The notes beneath the pieces are model-generated. The model had not been told where the DNA came from, ran no database searches, and saw nothing but the letters and a program-made list of their open reading frames with translations. The position numbers were made by a program, and so were the translations under genes. 64,000 bases of DNA from an uncultured Nitrospiraceae bacterium (lineage in GTDB: Bacteria; Nitrospirota; Thermodesulfovibrionia; Thermodesulfovibrionales; Dissulfurispiraceae), in the NCBI GenBank assembly GCA_963705105.1, contig CAVPIW010000005.1, positions 588,987 through 652,986 of the forward strand, written 5' to 3'. Numbering within the stretch: position 1 is the stretch's first letter; each line of letters opens with the position of its first letter. This document shows, in pieces, positions 49,477-60,385 of this stretch.

Positions 49477-49671
49477 GGGAACATGCTCTCTCTCGGCATG
49501 TGCCAGCAGGGGGAATCGTGGATATGTCCGCTCATATGCGAATCATGTTTCAATAATGATGAATGGAAACGCGCCATCTTGCCAGATGTTCTGAAGTATT
49601 TTACCATAATACATAAGTGGCGTCCAAAATAATCTGACACGAGGATAGGGCATGATTTCTTTGCACAACAA

Positions 49672-50132
49672 GCCTTATCACTGAATGGACACACGGGAAA
49701 GGCGGGGCCGGGGTGAATGCGCCGAAAACCTTGCTGCGGCGACACCTGTACCTTCCAGTTGCATGAAAAGGCGGGACAAAGTGCCTCAAAGCCTTGCTGA
49801 TAGCGAGCATGATCATTTGAAATGGGACGTTGGGGATTCCACCCGACCTGTCATCAGCCGTGAGCCTGACATGATCCGTATGGGAAGGCAAAGGTTTCGC
49901 AGCACCAAGGCTTTTCGGCATCTTCGCCCCGCCTTTCCGGATGTCCTATTGCAACGATAAGGTAAACTATACGCCAATGGTCGATGACACAAAGAGTGGA
50001 ATCCTGTAGGGGCCGTTCCCCGAACGGCCCGACATCGATGAAGCTATTTCAGGCCGACGGCTGAAAAAGGTGAACTTTTTGCTGACACTCACACTGTCAC
50101 TGACACTGTATTGCAGAGCGTTTCGCCCCGCC
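49672..50132. mobile_element. Nested repeat: 214-bp unit (49750-49963) inside a 17984-type element
   Basis: Outer halves ...GACACCTGT and AACTATACGCC... are joined by a short linker in uninterrupted copies (e.g. 24519-24552). Confidence 0.88.
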
Positions 50133-50157
50133 ATAGACCACCCTGAAGAGGAATAAT

Positions 50158-52161
50158 ATGGAATTTGTGCTCCGCTCCGATTTTGAACCGAAAGGGGACC
50201 AGCCGAAGGCGATCGGGGAGCTGACGGAGGCCCTCCGAAAGGGGAGCCCCCATCAGGTGCTCCTCGGGGTGACAGGCTCGGGGAAGACATTCACGATCGC
50301 CAATGTGATACGGAACCTCGGCAAGCCGGCCCTCGTCATCGCCCATAACAAGGCCCTGGCGGCTCAGCTCTACGGCGAGTTCAGGGACCTCTTCCCCGAA
50401 AACGCCGTCGAGTTCTTCGTCAGCTACTATGATTACTACCAGCCCGAAGCGTACATCCCGACGACGGACACTTACATAGAAAAGGACTCCCTCATCAATG
50501 ACGACATCGACCGACTGCGCCATTCGGCAACCATGTCGATCCTCGAACGGACCGACGTCATCGTTGTCGCTTCCGTCTCGTGCATTTACGGCATCGGCGC
50601 CCCCGAGGACTATCTCTCCATGCACCTCTTCATCGAGGAGGGGATGAGGACCCGCCGTGACGACATCCTGAGGCGGCTCGTCGAGATGCTCTATGTGCGG
50701 TCCGAGGGGGAATTCAAGCGCGGCGTTTTCAGGGTGAGGGGAGATGTCGTCGAGGTCTACCCCGCCTTCTCTCTGGACAAGGCCGTCAGGATCGAGTTTT
50801 TCGGCGATGACATCGACGCCCTCACGGAATTTCATCCCCTGTCGGGTGAGCGGATCCGGAAGCTGAACAGGGTCGCCCTCTACCCGAACAGCCACTGGAT
50901 CACGCCGGCGCCGAAACTCGAGAGGGCCTTCGGGACCATCGAGGACGAACTGGAGGAGAGGATACGGTACTTCCGTCAAAGGGGCGACGAAGTCTTCCGC
51001 CAGAGAATCGAACAGCGGACGCGGTTCGACATGGAAATGCTCCGGGAGTTCGGATACTGCCACGGCATCGAAAACTACTCCCGTCACCTGAGCGGCAGGC
51101 TCCCCGGCGAGCCGCCCTACACGCTCATAGATTATCTCATCAGCGGTCCGTCAAAGGGCGACTATCTTACCATCATTGATGAATCCCATGCGACGATCCC
51201 CCAGATCGGCGGCATGTACGAGGGCGACCGCTCGAGGAAGCGGACCCTCGTCGACTACGGGTTCAGGCTGCCCTCGGCCCTCGACAACAGGCCCCTGAAA
51301 TTCAGTGAATTCGAGAGCCGCATGCACCAGGTCGTCTACGTCTCTGCCACGCCCGCCGTTTACGAGATCGGGAAGGCGGCCGGGCGGGTCGTCGAGCAGG
51401 TCATCAGGCCTACGGGATTGATGGACCCGGCGATGGAGGTGAGGCCGGTGCGGGGCCAGGTGGAGGACCTCCTCGAAGAGATACGGTCCCGTGCCGAAAG
51501 GGCCGAGAGGGTGCTCGTGACGACATTGACAAAGAAGATGGCCGAGGACATCACCGATTACTATACCGACCTCGGCGTCCGGGCGCGGTATCTCCACTCC
51601 GACATCGACACCCTCGAACGCGTAAAGATCCTGAGAGACCTGCGGCTCGGCGAGTTCGACGTCCTCATCGGTGTAAACCTGCTGAGGGAGGGGCTCGATC
51701 TGCCCGAGGTCTCCCTCGTTGCGATCTTCGACGCCGACAAGGAGGGGTTCCTGCGTTCTGAGCGGTCCCTCATCCAGACGGCGGGCCGGGCCGCCCGGAA
51801 CGTCAACGGAAAGGTTATCCTCTATGCCGACACCATTACCCGCTCCATGAAGAAAGCCATGGACGAGACGGAGCGGCGGAGGAGCATACAGGCGGAATAC
51901 AACGAGATCATGCACATCTCTCCCGAAACGGTGAGGAGCCAGATCAAGGACATCCTGAGCTCCATCTATGAGGCCGACTACTTCACCGTGCCCCTGGCTG
52001 CCGAGGAGGCCGCCCCCTATGACCTGAGCGAGGATAAGCTAAGGGGCCTCGAGGAGGAGATGAGGGATGCAGCGAAGCGCCTCGACTTCGAGCGGGCTGC
52101 AGAGATCAGGGACAGGATCAAGGAGCTCAGGAACCGCATGCTGACCATGGGGATCAAATGA
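50158..52161 (+). CDS. uvrB: Excinuclease ABC subunit B
   Basis: [41 protein letters not shown] domain. Confidence 0.98.
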   Translation: MEFVLRSDFEPKGDQPKAIGELTEALRKGSPHQVLLGVTGSGKTFTIANVIRNLGKPALVIAHNKALAAQLYGEFRDLFPENAVEFFVSYYDYYQPEAYIPTTDTYIEKDSLINDDIDRLRHSATMSILERTDVIVVASVSCIYGIGAPEDYLSMHLFIEEGMRTRRDDILRRLVEMLYVRSEGEFKRGVFRVRGDVVEVYPAFSLDKAVRIEFFGDDIDALTEFHPLSGERIRKLNRVALYPNSHWITPAPKLERAFGTIEDELEERIRYFRQRGDEVFRQRIEQRTRFDMEMLREFGYCHGIENYSRHLSGRLPGEPPYTLIDYLISGPSKGDYLTIIDESHATIPQIGGMYEGDRSRKRTLVDYGFRLPSALDNRPLKFSEFESRMHQVVYVSATPAVYEIGKAAGRVVEQVIRPTGLMDPAMEVRPVRGQVEDLLEEIRSRAERAERVLVTTLTKKMAEDITDYYTDLGVRARYLHSDIDTLERVKILRDLRLGEFDVLIGVNLLREGLDLPEVSLVAIFDADKEGFLRSERSLIQTAGRAARNVNGKVILYADTITRSMKKAMDETERRRSIQAEYNEIMHISPETVRSQIKDILSSIYEADYFTVPLAAEEAAPYDLSEDKLRGLEEEMRDAAKRLDFERAAEIRDRIKELRNRMLTMGIK

Positions 52162-52243
52162 TGCAGCCGTCCCCGCCTTTGCCCCTGATCTCCCGTGGCT
52201 GCCTCAACTGCAGCGGCATCAGCGCAACGATGCCCCGCGGGAA

Positions 52244-54391
52244 TCATGCGGTTGCCGGGAACTTCGCTTTCAGCGCGCTGATCATTGCGGGACTCAGCTG
52301 CTTGAACAGCTTGGCATTGTACGACGCATTGTACGGAACGCCCTTTGCCGGCGCCGGGAGCTTCGAAAGATCCACAAACCTGATCGTCGGGTCGGTGAAG
52401 GTCAGCGGCGGGTTGGCTGTGGGATCCGGGGTGCCCTGCGGCCGACTCGGGTCCATAGTTGGGAGAGGCAGCGGGGGATCGACACCCGGCTGGAAAGCAT
52501 AATTGGCATTGTTCTGGGTCAGATTGGTCTGTATTATCTGCTGTGCGGCGACCGCATACTTCCGTGATGTGGCCGCCGGCGTACCCTCTGCAACTGCCGG
52601 GTCAACATTGACCGTGACGATTGAAACGGAATAGTCGCTGTTGAGGTAGATCTCGAAGGTCCGGAACTGCTGCGGGAAATCACGGAGCGATGAGCTTTCA
52701 ACCTGCCAGAAGCCCTTTTCGGGGGCGCTGGGATGGGGGAAGGCCTTGACGACATTGACGTGCCGATGCCCGGCGATCCACATCAGAAGATTCGGCGCGT
52801 TCCAGAGGGCCTCAACCAGCCCCTTGATGTCCACGGCATTCTTCGTCGTCGCAGTCGGATCGCCGAGCCACCATTCGGTCTCGGTCGCGATATTCGAAAC
52901 ACAGATAGGGATATGGGCCGCGATGATCATGAGCTGATCGGCAGCCTGACCAGCGGCAAGCTCCTTTTGAAGCCAGGCCCACCGTGTTTCATCGAGAAAC
53001 CCGTGGCCGTGAATATCCACAGAGCCGTCATCCTCCCGCTGCGTATCGTCAAGCACGATAATCTTGAGCGGCACGCCCGGCTTCGGCACAAAACTGTAAC
53101 AGGCAAAACCGGCAGGCATGGAGGGATCGACCAGACCAAAACCATGGCCGGCAGGACTGCTGGTCGAATTGAAGAACTCCTGGATCCATTCCGTTCTCAA
53201 GAGCGAACGGCGATCGGGATCGGCAACCACCTTTGGAGTGCTGTAATCCGCGACAGACCCTGAGTTGATGATGGTGCCGAATGGAGTTGCGCCGTCGATT
53301 ACTCCCCCGTAATACCGGACCAGGTTGGGATTTATGAGGTTTTGTTTGTTGAACATGCCCGGGTAGTTCTTGGTGGCGGGGGTGAGCAGCTCTTTCGGCA
53401 CCGACCAGACGGTATCGCTGATGTATGTATCGCCGAGCTTAACCTTCGGGTCGGCATAGACGGGAAACGATCCGATCATGAAGTGGTCATGGTTGCCGAG
53501 CGTCTGATACCAGAGGATCGATTTGTCGAGTCCCGCTGCCTTGAAAGGCCTCTGATAGTCGATGGTATCGGCGCCGCGATGAGCGCCGGAACTCGGCGTA
53601 ATGACCTTGCCGTCAATGATATCGATATACCACCTGAGTTCGTTGTACATACTGCTGTTGCAGACATCGCCCAGGGAGATGCCGAAGTCAAAAGGATCTT
53701 TCTTGTGAAGGGCGTTTACCGTCTGAATGGCGGCGTCAAAGACAAAGGGTGTGTACATCATGACCGGCGAGTAGATCGAGGTATTTTGTCCTGCGAACCC
53801 TGGATTCCCCTGCTGGAGGTAAATCAACTGGTTCGGCGCTTCCTTGTCGGTAAGATGGATATCGGTCATGGCAAAAAAATGCAGGAGCCTGGTTTGGGGG
53901 GTAACCTGTTTGGCATTTACTTTGGCAAGATAGCCGACCGGATCGGCCATGATATCCGTCCGAGGCACTATCGGGAGCGGTGCTCCGAACTGCCAGGCGC
54001 CATACCCCAATCTGTCATAATACAAAACCTCGTTGAGTTTGTCCCAGGTAAGCGCAGGCCCGCCATTGGGGCTGTTAGGCGGGGCAGCCGGGTCTGGCAT
54101 CATACCGGGAGCGGGAGGTTTAGAAGCCGGAGTATACGGGAATGAGATCATCCTCTCGGTCGTCGTAACAACCGTTGCAGAGATCGGGTATCCCTGCACC
54201 CCCGAGCCTCCGCCGCCGCAGGCGGAGAGCAGCGAACCCAGGGGAACACCTACGATTGCGCCGCCGGTGCATTTCAGGAAATCCCGACGTGTTATGCCGC
54301 GCATAAGATTGAGGTCATCGTGCGTGCGGACCATCTGTAGATCATCCTTCGGGAGAATTGTGCCGCCCTTTCTTGCTTCGTCCTTCGACAT
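52244..54391 (-). CDS. Tat-exported metallophosphoesterase (TIGR03768-like), probable lipoprotein
   Basis: TRRDFLK, LLSAC lipobox, TDIH, LGD, GNHDH, AHIP, GHRH; AAAGGAG RBS before 54391. Confidence 0.85.
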   Translation of the reverse strand: MSKDEARKGGTILPKDDLQMVRTHDDLNLMRGITRRDFLKCTGGAIVGVPLGSLLSACGGGGSGVQGYPISATVVTTTERMISFPYTPASKPPAPGMMPDPAAPPNSPNGGPALTWDKLNEVLYYDRLGYGAWQFGAPLPIVPRTDIMADPVGYLAKVNAKQVTPQTRLLHFFAMTDIHLTDKEAPNQLIYLQQGNPGFAGQNTSIYSPVMMYTPFVFDAAIQTVNALHKKDPFDFGISLGDVCNSSMYNELRWYIDIIDGKVITPSSGAHRGADTIDYQRPFKAAGLDKSILWYQTLGNHDHFMIGSFPVYADPKVKLGDTYISDTVWSVPKELLTPATKNYPGMFNKQNLINPNLVRYYGGVIDGATPFGTIINSGSVADYSTPKVVADPDRRSLLRTEWIQEFFNSTSSPAGHGFGLVDPSMPAGFACYSFVPKPGVPLKIIVLDDTQREDDGSVDIHGHGFLDETRWAWLQKELAAGQAADQLMIIAAHIPICVSNIATETEWWLGDPTATTKNAVDIKGLVEALWNAPNLLMWIAGHRHVNVVKAFPHPSAPEKGFWQVESSSLRDFPQQFRTFEIYLNSDYSVSIVTVNVDPAVAEGTPAATSRKYAVAAQQIIQTNLTQNNANYAFQPGVDPPLPLPTMDPSRPQGTPDPTANPPLTFTDPTIRFVDLSKLPAPAKGVPYNASYNAKLFKQLSPAMISALKAKFPATA

Positions 54392-54405
54392 ACCAGTCTC
54401 CTTTG

Positions 54406-55632
54406 CTATTTCGTGAACGTCCTTGTATAGGTCGTGACTCCCGCATCGTTCACCAGTTCCGCTGTGATGGTGTTGCCGCTGACCGTCCATACGGTATACT
54501 GATTGGGTTTCCCGCCAACAACAGAGCCGCTGTTGCCGTTCAACCACTGCACAACTCCATTAACGGTAATCGAGTCATCAAAGAGGTGCTGGTGTCCGCA
54601 GACGTAAATATCCGCCTTATATTTGGTGAGTACAGCCCAGAACTTGTCTCTCTGCTTCGGGTCAGTATTGTCCAGGTCGGCGAGAGGAGGATCGGATTTG
54701 TGCCATGACGGGCTCGTGTAGGCATTGGAGTGGCCAAAAACGATTATGAATTGTGCGCCATTGCTCTTGGCGTTCTGCAGGTCGGCGTCAAGCCAATCAA
54801 GTTGAGCGTCGCTTATGTAGTACATGCCGTAGTGGGGGAGTAGCGATTTCGAGTCGAAGCGGTTTGTGGCGATGGAGACAAAGTGTACCTTACCCCGGTC
54901 CCATGAAAACACGAATCCTTCATAGCCTGGAAGCGGTCCAGGCTGGTGGAATTCCTCGTTGAAGAGCGCCACCGGGTCGAACCCTATGGGATCTTTTGAT
55001 GATTTAAAGGGAGACATCTCGTGGTTGCCCGGAGAGATGAGGTAGGATGTTCTTGATGCGAGAGGATAGATGGCCGTCTTGAAGGACTTGTAGAGCTGTT
55101 TAAATGTGTTGATGTCCGGGTTTTTCCCGTAGAAGAGGTCGCCGACATTCACTGCAAATACCGGGTTTCTTTTGGCGGCATCATTGATGATGTTAATGAA
55201 TGGCTGGGGCAGCCCTTTGATATCATCCTGGTCGGATTGTCCGCGGTTGTCCCCCATAGTAACAAAAACGAACTGCGTATCATCAGCCGTTGCAGTTCTG
55301 AATGACCCTGTCGGCGGATGGCCTTCAACCTGAAATTCATGCACCGTGTCGGGCTTAAGGTTGGCGATGGTGACACTGTGGCGCGTCGTTTCCTCGCTTG
55401 ACAGGACCTTGCCCGTGAATTCCTGTTCCCCTGCAACCCTGTAGCTTATGGAACTAGGAGAAGGCGAATTTAAGTCCCAGGAGACGACCGCCTCGGTTGC
55501 AGTGACCATTCCAACCCGCGGACCGCTTTCGACGGTGACCGTCTGGGTTCCATCACCACTGCAGCCGACCGTCAAGAGTGCGAGGACAAGAAAGAATACG
55601 TTCACAATGGTCACTGCGTGTCTTTTGTTCAT
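54406..55632 (-). CDS. Purple-acid-phosphatase-like metallophosphoesterase lipoprotein with FN3-like domain
   Basis: LTVGC lipobox, GDNR, VGDL, PGNHE, GHQH. Confidence 0.85.
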   Translation of the reverse strand: MNKRHAVTIVNVFFLVLALLTVGCSGDGTQTVTVESGPRVGMVTATEAVVSWDLNSPSPSSISYRVAGEQEFTGKVLSSEETTRHSVTIANLKPDTVHEFQVEGHPPTGSFRTATADDTQFVFVTMGDNRGQSDQDDIKGLPQPFINIINDAAKRNPVFAVNVGDLFYGKNPDINTFKQLYKSFKTAIYPLASRTSYLISPGNHEMSPFKSSKDPIGFDPVALFNEEFHQPGPLPGYEGFVFSWDRGKVHFVSIATNRFDSKSLLPHYGMYYISDAQLDWLDADLQNAKSNGAQFIIVFGHSNAYTSPSWHKSDPPLADLDNTDPKQRDKFWAVLTKYKADIYVCGHQHLFDDSITVNGVVQWLNGNSGSVVGGKPNQYTVWTVSGNTITAELVNDAGVTTYTRTFTK

Positions 55633-55937
55633 ATGGTACCTCCCATAAAGTTTTTGGATTTTAGCGACTTTTTCTCTTCTTCTTTTTGTCGAGTCAACTC
55701 TTCACGAACTTCTCAGACATATACTATGAAACGCGATTTGCCGGACGCCCCAGCCCGGCGGCAGGGAACGGTGCACTGTTAGTCGTATTACTCATATCGG
55801 CATTTATCAAGGATACCTTTAGTTTCTGTGAACAGGGGGTTGGGCTGTGTCACGCCACCGGCCAGACACCGGGTTAAGGACCCTGCCTGGCATCTTCGGG
55901 GGTTGCTTTTTCAACAAGTCGAATATATACTTTAAAT

Positions 55938-57170
55938 ATGCAAGGTAAATATAAAGTATATGTACGAAATGTGGATCAGTCGATTCAGGAGATCGTGAGG
56001 AAAGGACAATCCTGCCTGATCCTCGGACCCCGGCAGACGGGCAAGACGACCCTCGTCAGGAAGTGCCTGGCGGATGTCAGGTACCGCATGGAATATCCCC
56101 TCCAGATTCCCGAAATCCGCATCGAGATGGAGAGGGACCCCTCGGCGATCATCCGGCAGGTGAAGGCTCGATCCGGCAGGCCCCTGATTTTCATGGACGA
56201 GGCGCAGAAAGTCCCCGAGGTTTTCGACAGTATCCAGCATCTCATTGATGAGGAGCTTGCATCGTTCATCATCACCGGCTCATCGGCCCGCAAGCTGCGG
56301 AAAAGAGGTGTGAACCTGCTGCCGGGCCGCGTCAGGGTATTCAGGCTCGATCCCATGCTATGGAACGAATTCGGCTGGCTTGAGGACACCGATGACGCGC
56401 TCTTCCGGCTGCCCAATATCAATGCCGTGACGGATTATAGCTTTGAGAAGCATCTGGTCTTCGGGTCTCTGCCGGGCATTGTGAGTCTGCCTGACGATCA
56501 GGAGCGCGCCGACCTGTTAAAGGCATATACCATGACATATCTGGAGGAGGAAATCCGCGCGGAAGCTCTGGCCAGGAAGATCGGGCCCTTCAACCGGTTT
56601 CTGGAGTTGGCAGCGAGGGAGTCCGGGACGAACCCGAATCTGACGAAGCTGTCTCTTGAAACCGGCATCAGCGTGCCGACGGTCAAGGAGTATTTCAACA
56701 TCCTTGAAGACACCCTTGTCGCGGAAAAAGTGGAACCCTATCTCAAAAATGCACGGAAGCGGATTCTTGCCAGTCCCAGGTATTATTTCTTCGATCCGGG
56801 AGTGAGAAACGCGCTTGCAAGGCTGCCGCTGACCGATGAGCTGCTCAATCTTGATATGGGAACTCTTTTTGAGCACGCGGTCATACTCGAGATCATCCGG
56901 AGGATACGGGTGCTGAAGCTCGATTACAGGGTCTGTTACTGGCGGACGGCCGGAGGAGCTGAGGTCGACTGCGTCATAGACACGGGTTCCGCCGTCATCC
57001 CCATCGAGATCAAGTCCGGATCGAAAGTGGCGTTGTCGTCCCTCCGTGGGCTGTCGAGTTTCATGGAGACATACAAGGACCTGGTGAAGCAGGCCTATGT
57101 GATCACCACTGGCAGGTTGCCGGAAAAATTGACGGAAAAAATCACCGTGCTTCCCTGGAGATACCTGTAA
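55938..57170 (+). CDS. AAA_14 ATPase with DUF4143 domain
   Basis: GPRQTGKTT, FMDEAQ, TGSS, YFFDPG, EVD..PIEIKSG. Confidence 0.9.
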   Translation: MQGKYKVYVRNVDQSIQEIVRKGQSCLILGPRQTGKTTLVRKCLADVRYRMEYPLQIPEIRIEMERDPSAIIRQVKARSGRPLIFMDEAQKVPEVFDSIQHLIDEELASFIITGSSARKLRKRGVNLLPGRVRVFRLDPMLWNEFGWLEDTDDALFRLPNINAVTDYSFEKHLVFGSLPGIVSLPDDQERADLLKAYTMTYLEEEIRAEALARKIGPFNRFLELAARESGTNPNLTKLSLETGISVPTVKEYFNILEDTLVAEKVEPYLKNARKRILASPRYYFFDPGVRNALARLPLTDELLNLDMGTLFEHAVILEIIRRIRVLKLDYRVCYWRTAGGAEVDCVIDTGSAVIPIEIKSGSKVALSSLRGLSSFMETYKDLVKQAYVITTGRLPEKLTEKITVLPWRYL

Positions 57171-57216
57171 GAGGCTTGTTGTTGCAAGAGCTTCGCAACC
57201 CCTCTTTCCCGGCGGT

Positions 57217-57292
57217 AGTTCCATAAAAAGGCGGGGCGAAGCGCCTCAAAACCCTGCTGAAGGCGACGATGCCGCCGGGAAGACAGATATGG
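57217..57292. repeat. Truncated modular repeat element
   Basis: AAAAGGCGGGGCGAAGCGCCTCAAAACCCTGCTGAAGGCGAC...CCGGGAAGACAGATATGG. Confidence 0.85.
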
Positions 57293-57311
57293 AAAGTGAA
57301 GCGGGACCACA

Positions 57312-57815
57312 ATGCCGTACCCCGATCCCTCCCTTCCACCTTATTTCAGGAACTACGGCAAAAGGATAATCAAGACGCCGAAGTTCTATTTCCTGGACAC
57401 GGCGCTGGTCTGCACCCTCACCCGGCAGTCCGACCCTGCGGCTGCACTTTCCAGAGCCATGGCCGGCGCCCTTTTCGAGGGAATGCTCGTCAGTGAGGCC
57501 GTCAAGGTCTCTGCGATGCTGGGCATGAGGCCCGATCTCTATTTCTGGCGGTCCCATGACCGCCTGGAAGTGGACCTGATCGTGCCGGCAAAGGGGAAAC
57601 TCCACGCCGTCGAGATCAAGCTGACGTCAACACCCACTTCGAAGCATGTCAATCCACTCACCAAGTTCAGGAAACTTGCAGGAGGAGATGCGGCCGACAC
57701 GGGGCTGGTTGTGTGCAGAACAGAATCAAAGACACCCCTGCCGTTCGATAGCCAGGCCATTCCCTGGCACGACTTCCCTGCATGGCTTTATTCAGAACTC
57801 GGGGGAAAGAGATAA
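57312..57815 (+). pseudogene. 5'-truncated AAA_14/DUF4143 gene (C-terminal part only)
   Basis: LPPYFRNYGKRIIKTPKFYFLDT, FEG, EVD..AVEIK; no Walker motifs. Confidence 0.8.
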
Positions 57816-58112
57816 ACAAACCTCGGTTTGCTGACGGCGACGATGGGCATTGTCAGCTCGTCTTGCAGGAAACCATTCTTCGCGTTGGACGAGCGGGTCT
57901 TCAGCGATGTCCGTCCTGACACCGATGACGGAAGATCTGCTCAAGCTGGATAGGGAACACCTCTTAGGAGCACCGGCAGTTGACGGCTTGACGAAAGCTG
58001 ACCCAAGCGCCCTTCCACGCGTGGGGCCTGTCTTCAAACCCACGGGAAAACTCTACATTTTGCCAATAGAACTTGCATATTGCAACATCATTAGGTATAT
58101 CATGTACTTATA

Positions 58113-59285
58113 ATGATACCGCGCACTATAGAGACTATTGCTGTTGCCCTTGCGGCTCAGTACCCGGTCCTGACAGTCACGGGTCCCAGACAGAGCGGCA
58201 AGACCACGTTGTGCCGCAAGGTCTTTGCGAAAAAAACCTATGTCAATCTTGAGGCCCCCGACATGCGCCGGTTTGCCGAGGACGATCCGAGAGGTTTCCT
58301 GGCACAGTACACCGATGGGGCGGTGCTTGACGAGATACAGAGGGTTCCCTCTTTAATCTCATATATACAAACCATCGTCGACGAGCAAAGGACTCCCGGC
58401 CTGTTTGTTCTGACGGGCAGTCAGCAGTTCGAAATCATGTCGGGCATCAGCCAGTCTCTCGCCGGCCGGACTGCCCTCCTGAAACTGCTGCCTCTCAGTA
58501 TTCACGAACTGAATGGTGTTTACAACATCTCATCCGTCGACCACTTGCTTCTCTCCGGTTTCTATCCAAGGATTTACGATATGAGCCTGAATCCCACACA
58601 GGCGCTGGGTGACTACATCGAGACCTATGTGGAGCGCGATCTTCGTCTCCTGGTCAACGTCAGGGAGCTCAGCCGCTTCAGGAAATTCGTGAGACTCTGC
58701 GCGGGCAGGGTCGGACAGCTCCTGAACCTGAACAGCCTCGCCGATGACGTGGGCATCTCGCACACCACGGCGCGGGGATGGATCACCCTGTTGGAGGCAA
58801 GTTTCATAGTCTTTCTGCTGCCACCCTTTCATCGGAACATCTCAAAGAGACTCATCAAATCGCCCAAACTTTATTTCTACGACGTGGGCCTGGCAAGCTA
58901 CCTGTTAGGCCTTGAGACGGAGCTGCAGGTTGGCAGAGATCCCTTAAGGGGGAACCTCTTCGAGAATCTGGTGGTGATGGAGTTTCTCAAGTATCGGCTC
59001 AATCAGGGAAAGCGAAGCAACCTGACCTTCTACCGTGATAGCAGCGGCAACGAGGTGGATCTTGTGCTTGAGTTCGGCGCCGATCTTTTCCCTGTGGAGA
59101 TCAAAGCCGGCGCCACCGTCGTGCCGGATTTCTTCAGGGGGCTGAAGCGATTCTCACGGGTCTTTCCTCAGTTGCCTTTGGGAGGAGCAGTCGTATACGG
59201 CGGCAGCGAGGTGCAACTCCGGACGGATGTGAAAGTATACCCCTCGGTCAAGATCAATGAGCTTATAGACTCAATCGACTTGTGA
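58113..59285 (+). CDS. AAA_14 ATPase with DUF4143 domain (copy 1)
   Basis: GPRQSGKTT, LDEIQ, TGSQ, KSPKLYFYD, EVD..PVEIK. Confidence 0.92.
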   Translation: MIPRTIETIAVALAAQYPVLTVTGPRQSGKTTLCRKVFAKKTYVNLEAPDMRRFAEDDPRGFLAQYTDGAVLDEIQRVPSLISYIQTIVDEQRTPGLFVLTGSQQFEIMSGISQSLAGRTALLKLLPLSIHELNGVYNISSVDHLLLSGFYPRIYDMSLNPTQALGDYIETYVERDLRLLVNVRELSRFRKFVRLCAGRVGQLLNLNSLADDVGISHTTARGWITLLEASFIVFLLPPFHRNISKRLIKSPKLYFYDVGLASYLLGLETELQVGRDPLRGNLFENLVVMEFLKYRLNQGKRSNLTFYRDSSGNEVDLVLEFGADLFPVEIKAGATVVPDFFRGLKRFSRVFPQLPLGGAVVYGGSEVQLRTDVKVYPSVKINELIDSIDL

Positions 59286-59384
59286 CGCCACGCAAGGAGG
59301 GGGGAAAGAGGCAAGAATAAAAGGCCGGCATATTCTGATTTGTAAGAACTGTGGATAGCGGCTATGGAGCCCCCGATCTGCGGT

Positions 59385-59822
59385 TCAGACTTTCGCTATG
59401 ACGGAGAGAAATTCTGAAGGAGCGATAAGGGATACGGAATGTTGGAATAAATACGATCTGACCTTGTCGTCCTCGACAATATCTTTATCCCCGGTGATCA
59501 GATACGTTGCTTTTCCGCGCACAGCCGATTCGATGATCACGTTATCATCAGGATCTCGGCATAGTTTGACGCTGCCCCGCAGTGTTATCCGCTCAGCTCT
59601 CCTTGAAATCAGCAATGCGAGGTCTTCGATTTCTTGTTTCCTGATCTGATATCCGGCAAGGAACTTTGGACGCGTGAAGACGTCATAAATCTCAAAAAGT
59701 TGCTGCTCGGAAATGATGACTGAAAACCTGCCGGCGCGCCATTCATCGACGATCGCGGCGGCGGTTCTTGACGATGCGATGAGCGAGGAAACCCAGATGT
59801 TCGTATCAAGCACGACTTTCAC
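59385..59822 (-). CDS. PIN-domain toxin
   Basis: VVLDTNI, CRDPDD, LITGDKD. Confidence 0.88.
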   Translation of the reverse strand: MKVVLDTNIWVSSLIASSRTAAAIVDEWRAGRFSVIISEQQLFEIYDVFTRPKFLAGYQIRKQEIEDLALLISRRAERITLRGSVKLCRDPDDNVIIESAVRGKATYLITGDKDIVEDDKVRSYLFQHSVSLIAPSEFLSVIAKV

Positions 59823-60057
59823 GAGCTCGCTTTTCCCTGCGCACTTCCCGGATCGCTTCGGCTATGTCTGCTTCAATTTCTTCAGGAGAAAAGCGGGCAG
59901 CCTTGCCACGGATGGATGTGAGAACTTTCCCAAACCTCTCCTGCCAATCCTCATCGTTGAGTATCTGTATCCTTACCTGTTGTTTGTCTTTGAGACGAAG
60001 CTTTTTCATCGGTTTTAAAACGCCATTCTCATAAACGGCATCAATCACTTTTGACAT
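59806..60057 (-). CDS. DUF104/AF2212-like antitoxin
   Basis: IDAVYENGVLKP; overlaps the PIN gene. Confidence 0.85.
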   Translation of the reverse strand: MSKVIDAVYENGVLKPMKKLRLKDKQQVRIQILNDEDWQERFGKVLTSIRGKAARFSPEEIEADIAEAIREVRREKRARESRA

Positions 60058-60385
60058 AATTTTTCACCTGCCTCTCGTTGTGCTGAGCTTATACTATAAT
60101 GCGAAGGCATTGTTTGTTAACCGTAAGCATGCAATAGGACCTCCGGAAAGGCCAGTTTCCCGCTCTTTCTCCTGGAGTTCTTTCTGCCCCTGCGAATCTC
60201 CGCGATGGCTCTTCCTTTCATCGCAAGTCTCTACTTTAAGGTTACAACGATGCTGAAAGACTGTCAAATGGTTTTTTCATTGATGGCACCGCTGTGCGCC
60301 GCATCCCTGATCCCCGGAATGGCTTTATTCAGAACTCGGGGGGAAAAGGTAAGAAAGAGACGACACGAACTCATTGGCGGCGAAA

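Noticed and set aside
569..57292. Repeats as a CRISPR array or integron attC sites
   Set aside because: They are dispersed, with no constant repeat and unique-spacer periodicity, no cas or intI gene, and no consistent RYYYAAC/GTTRRRY ends.
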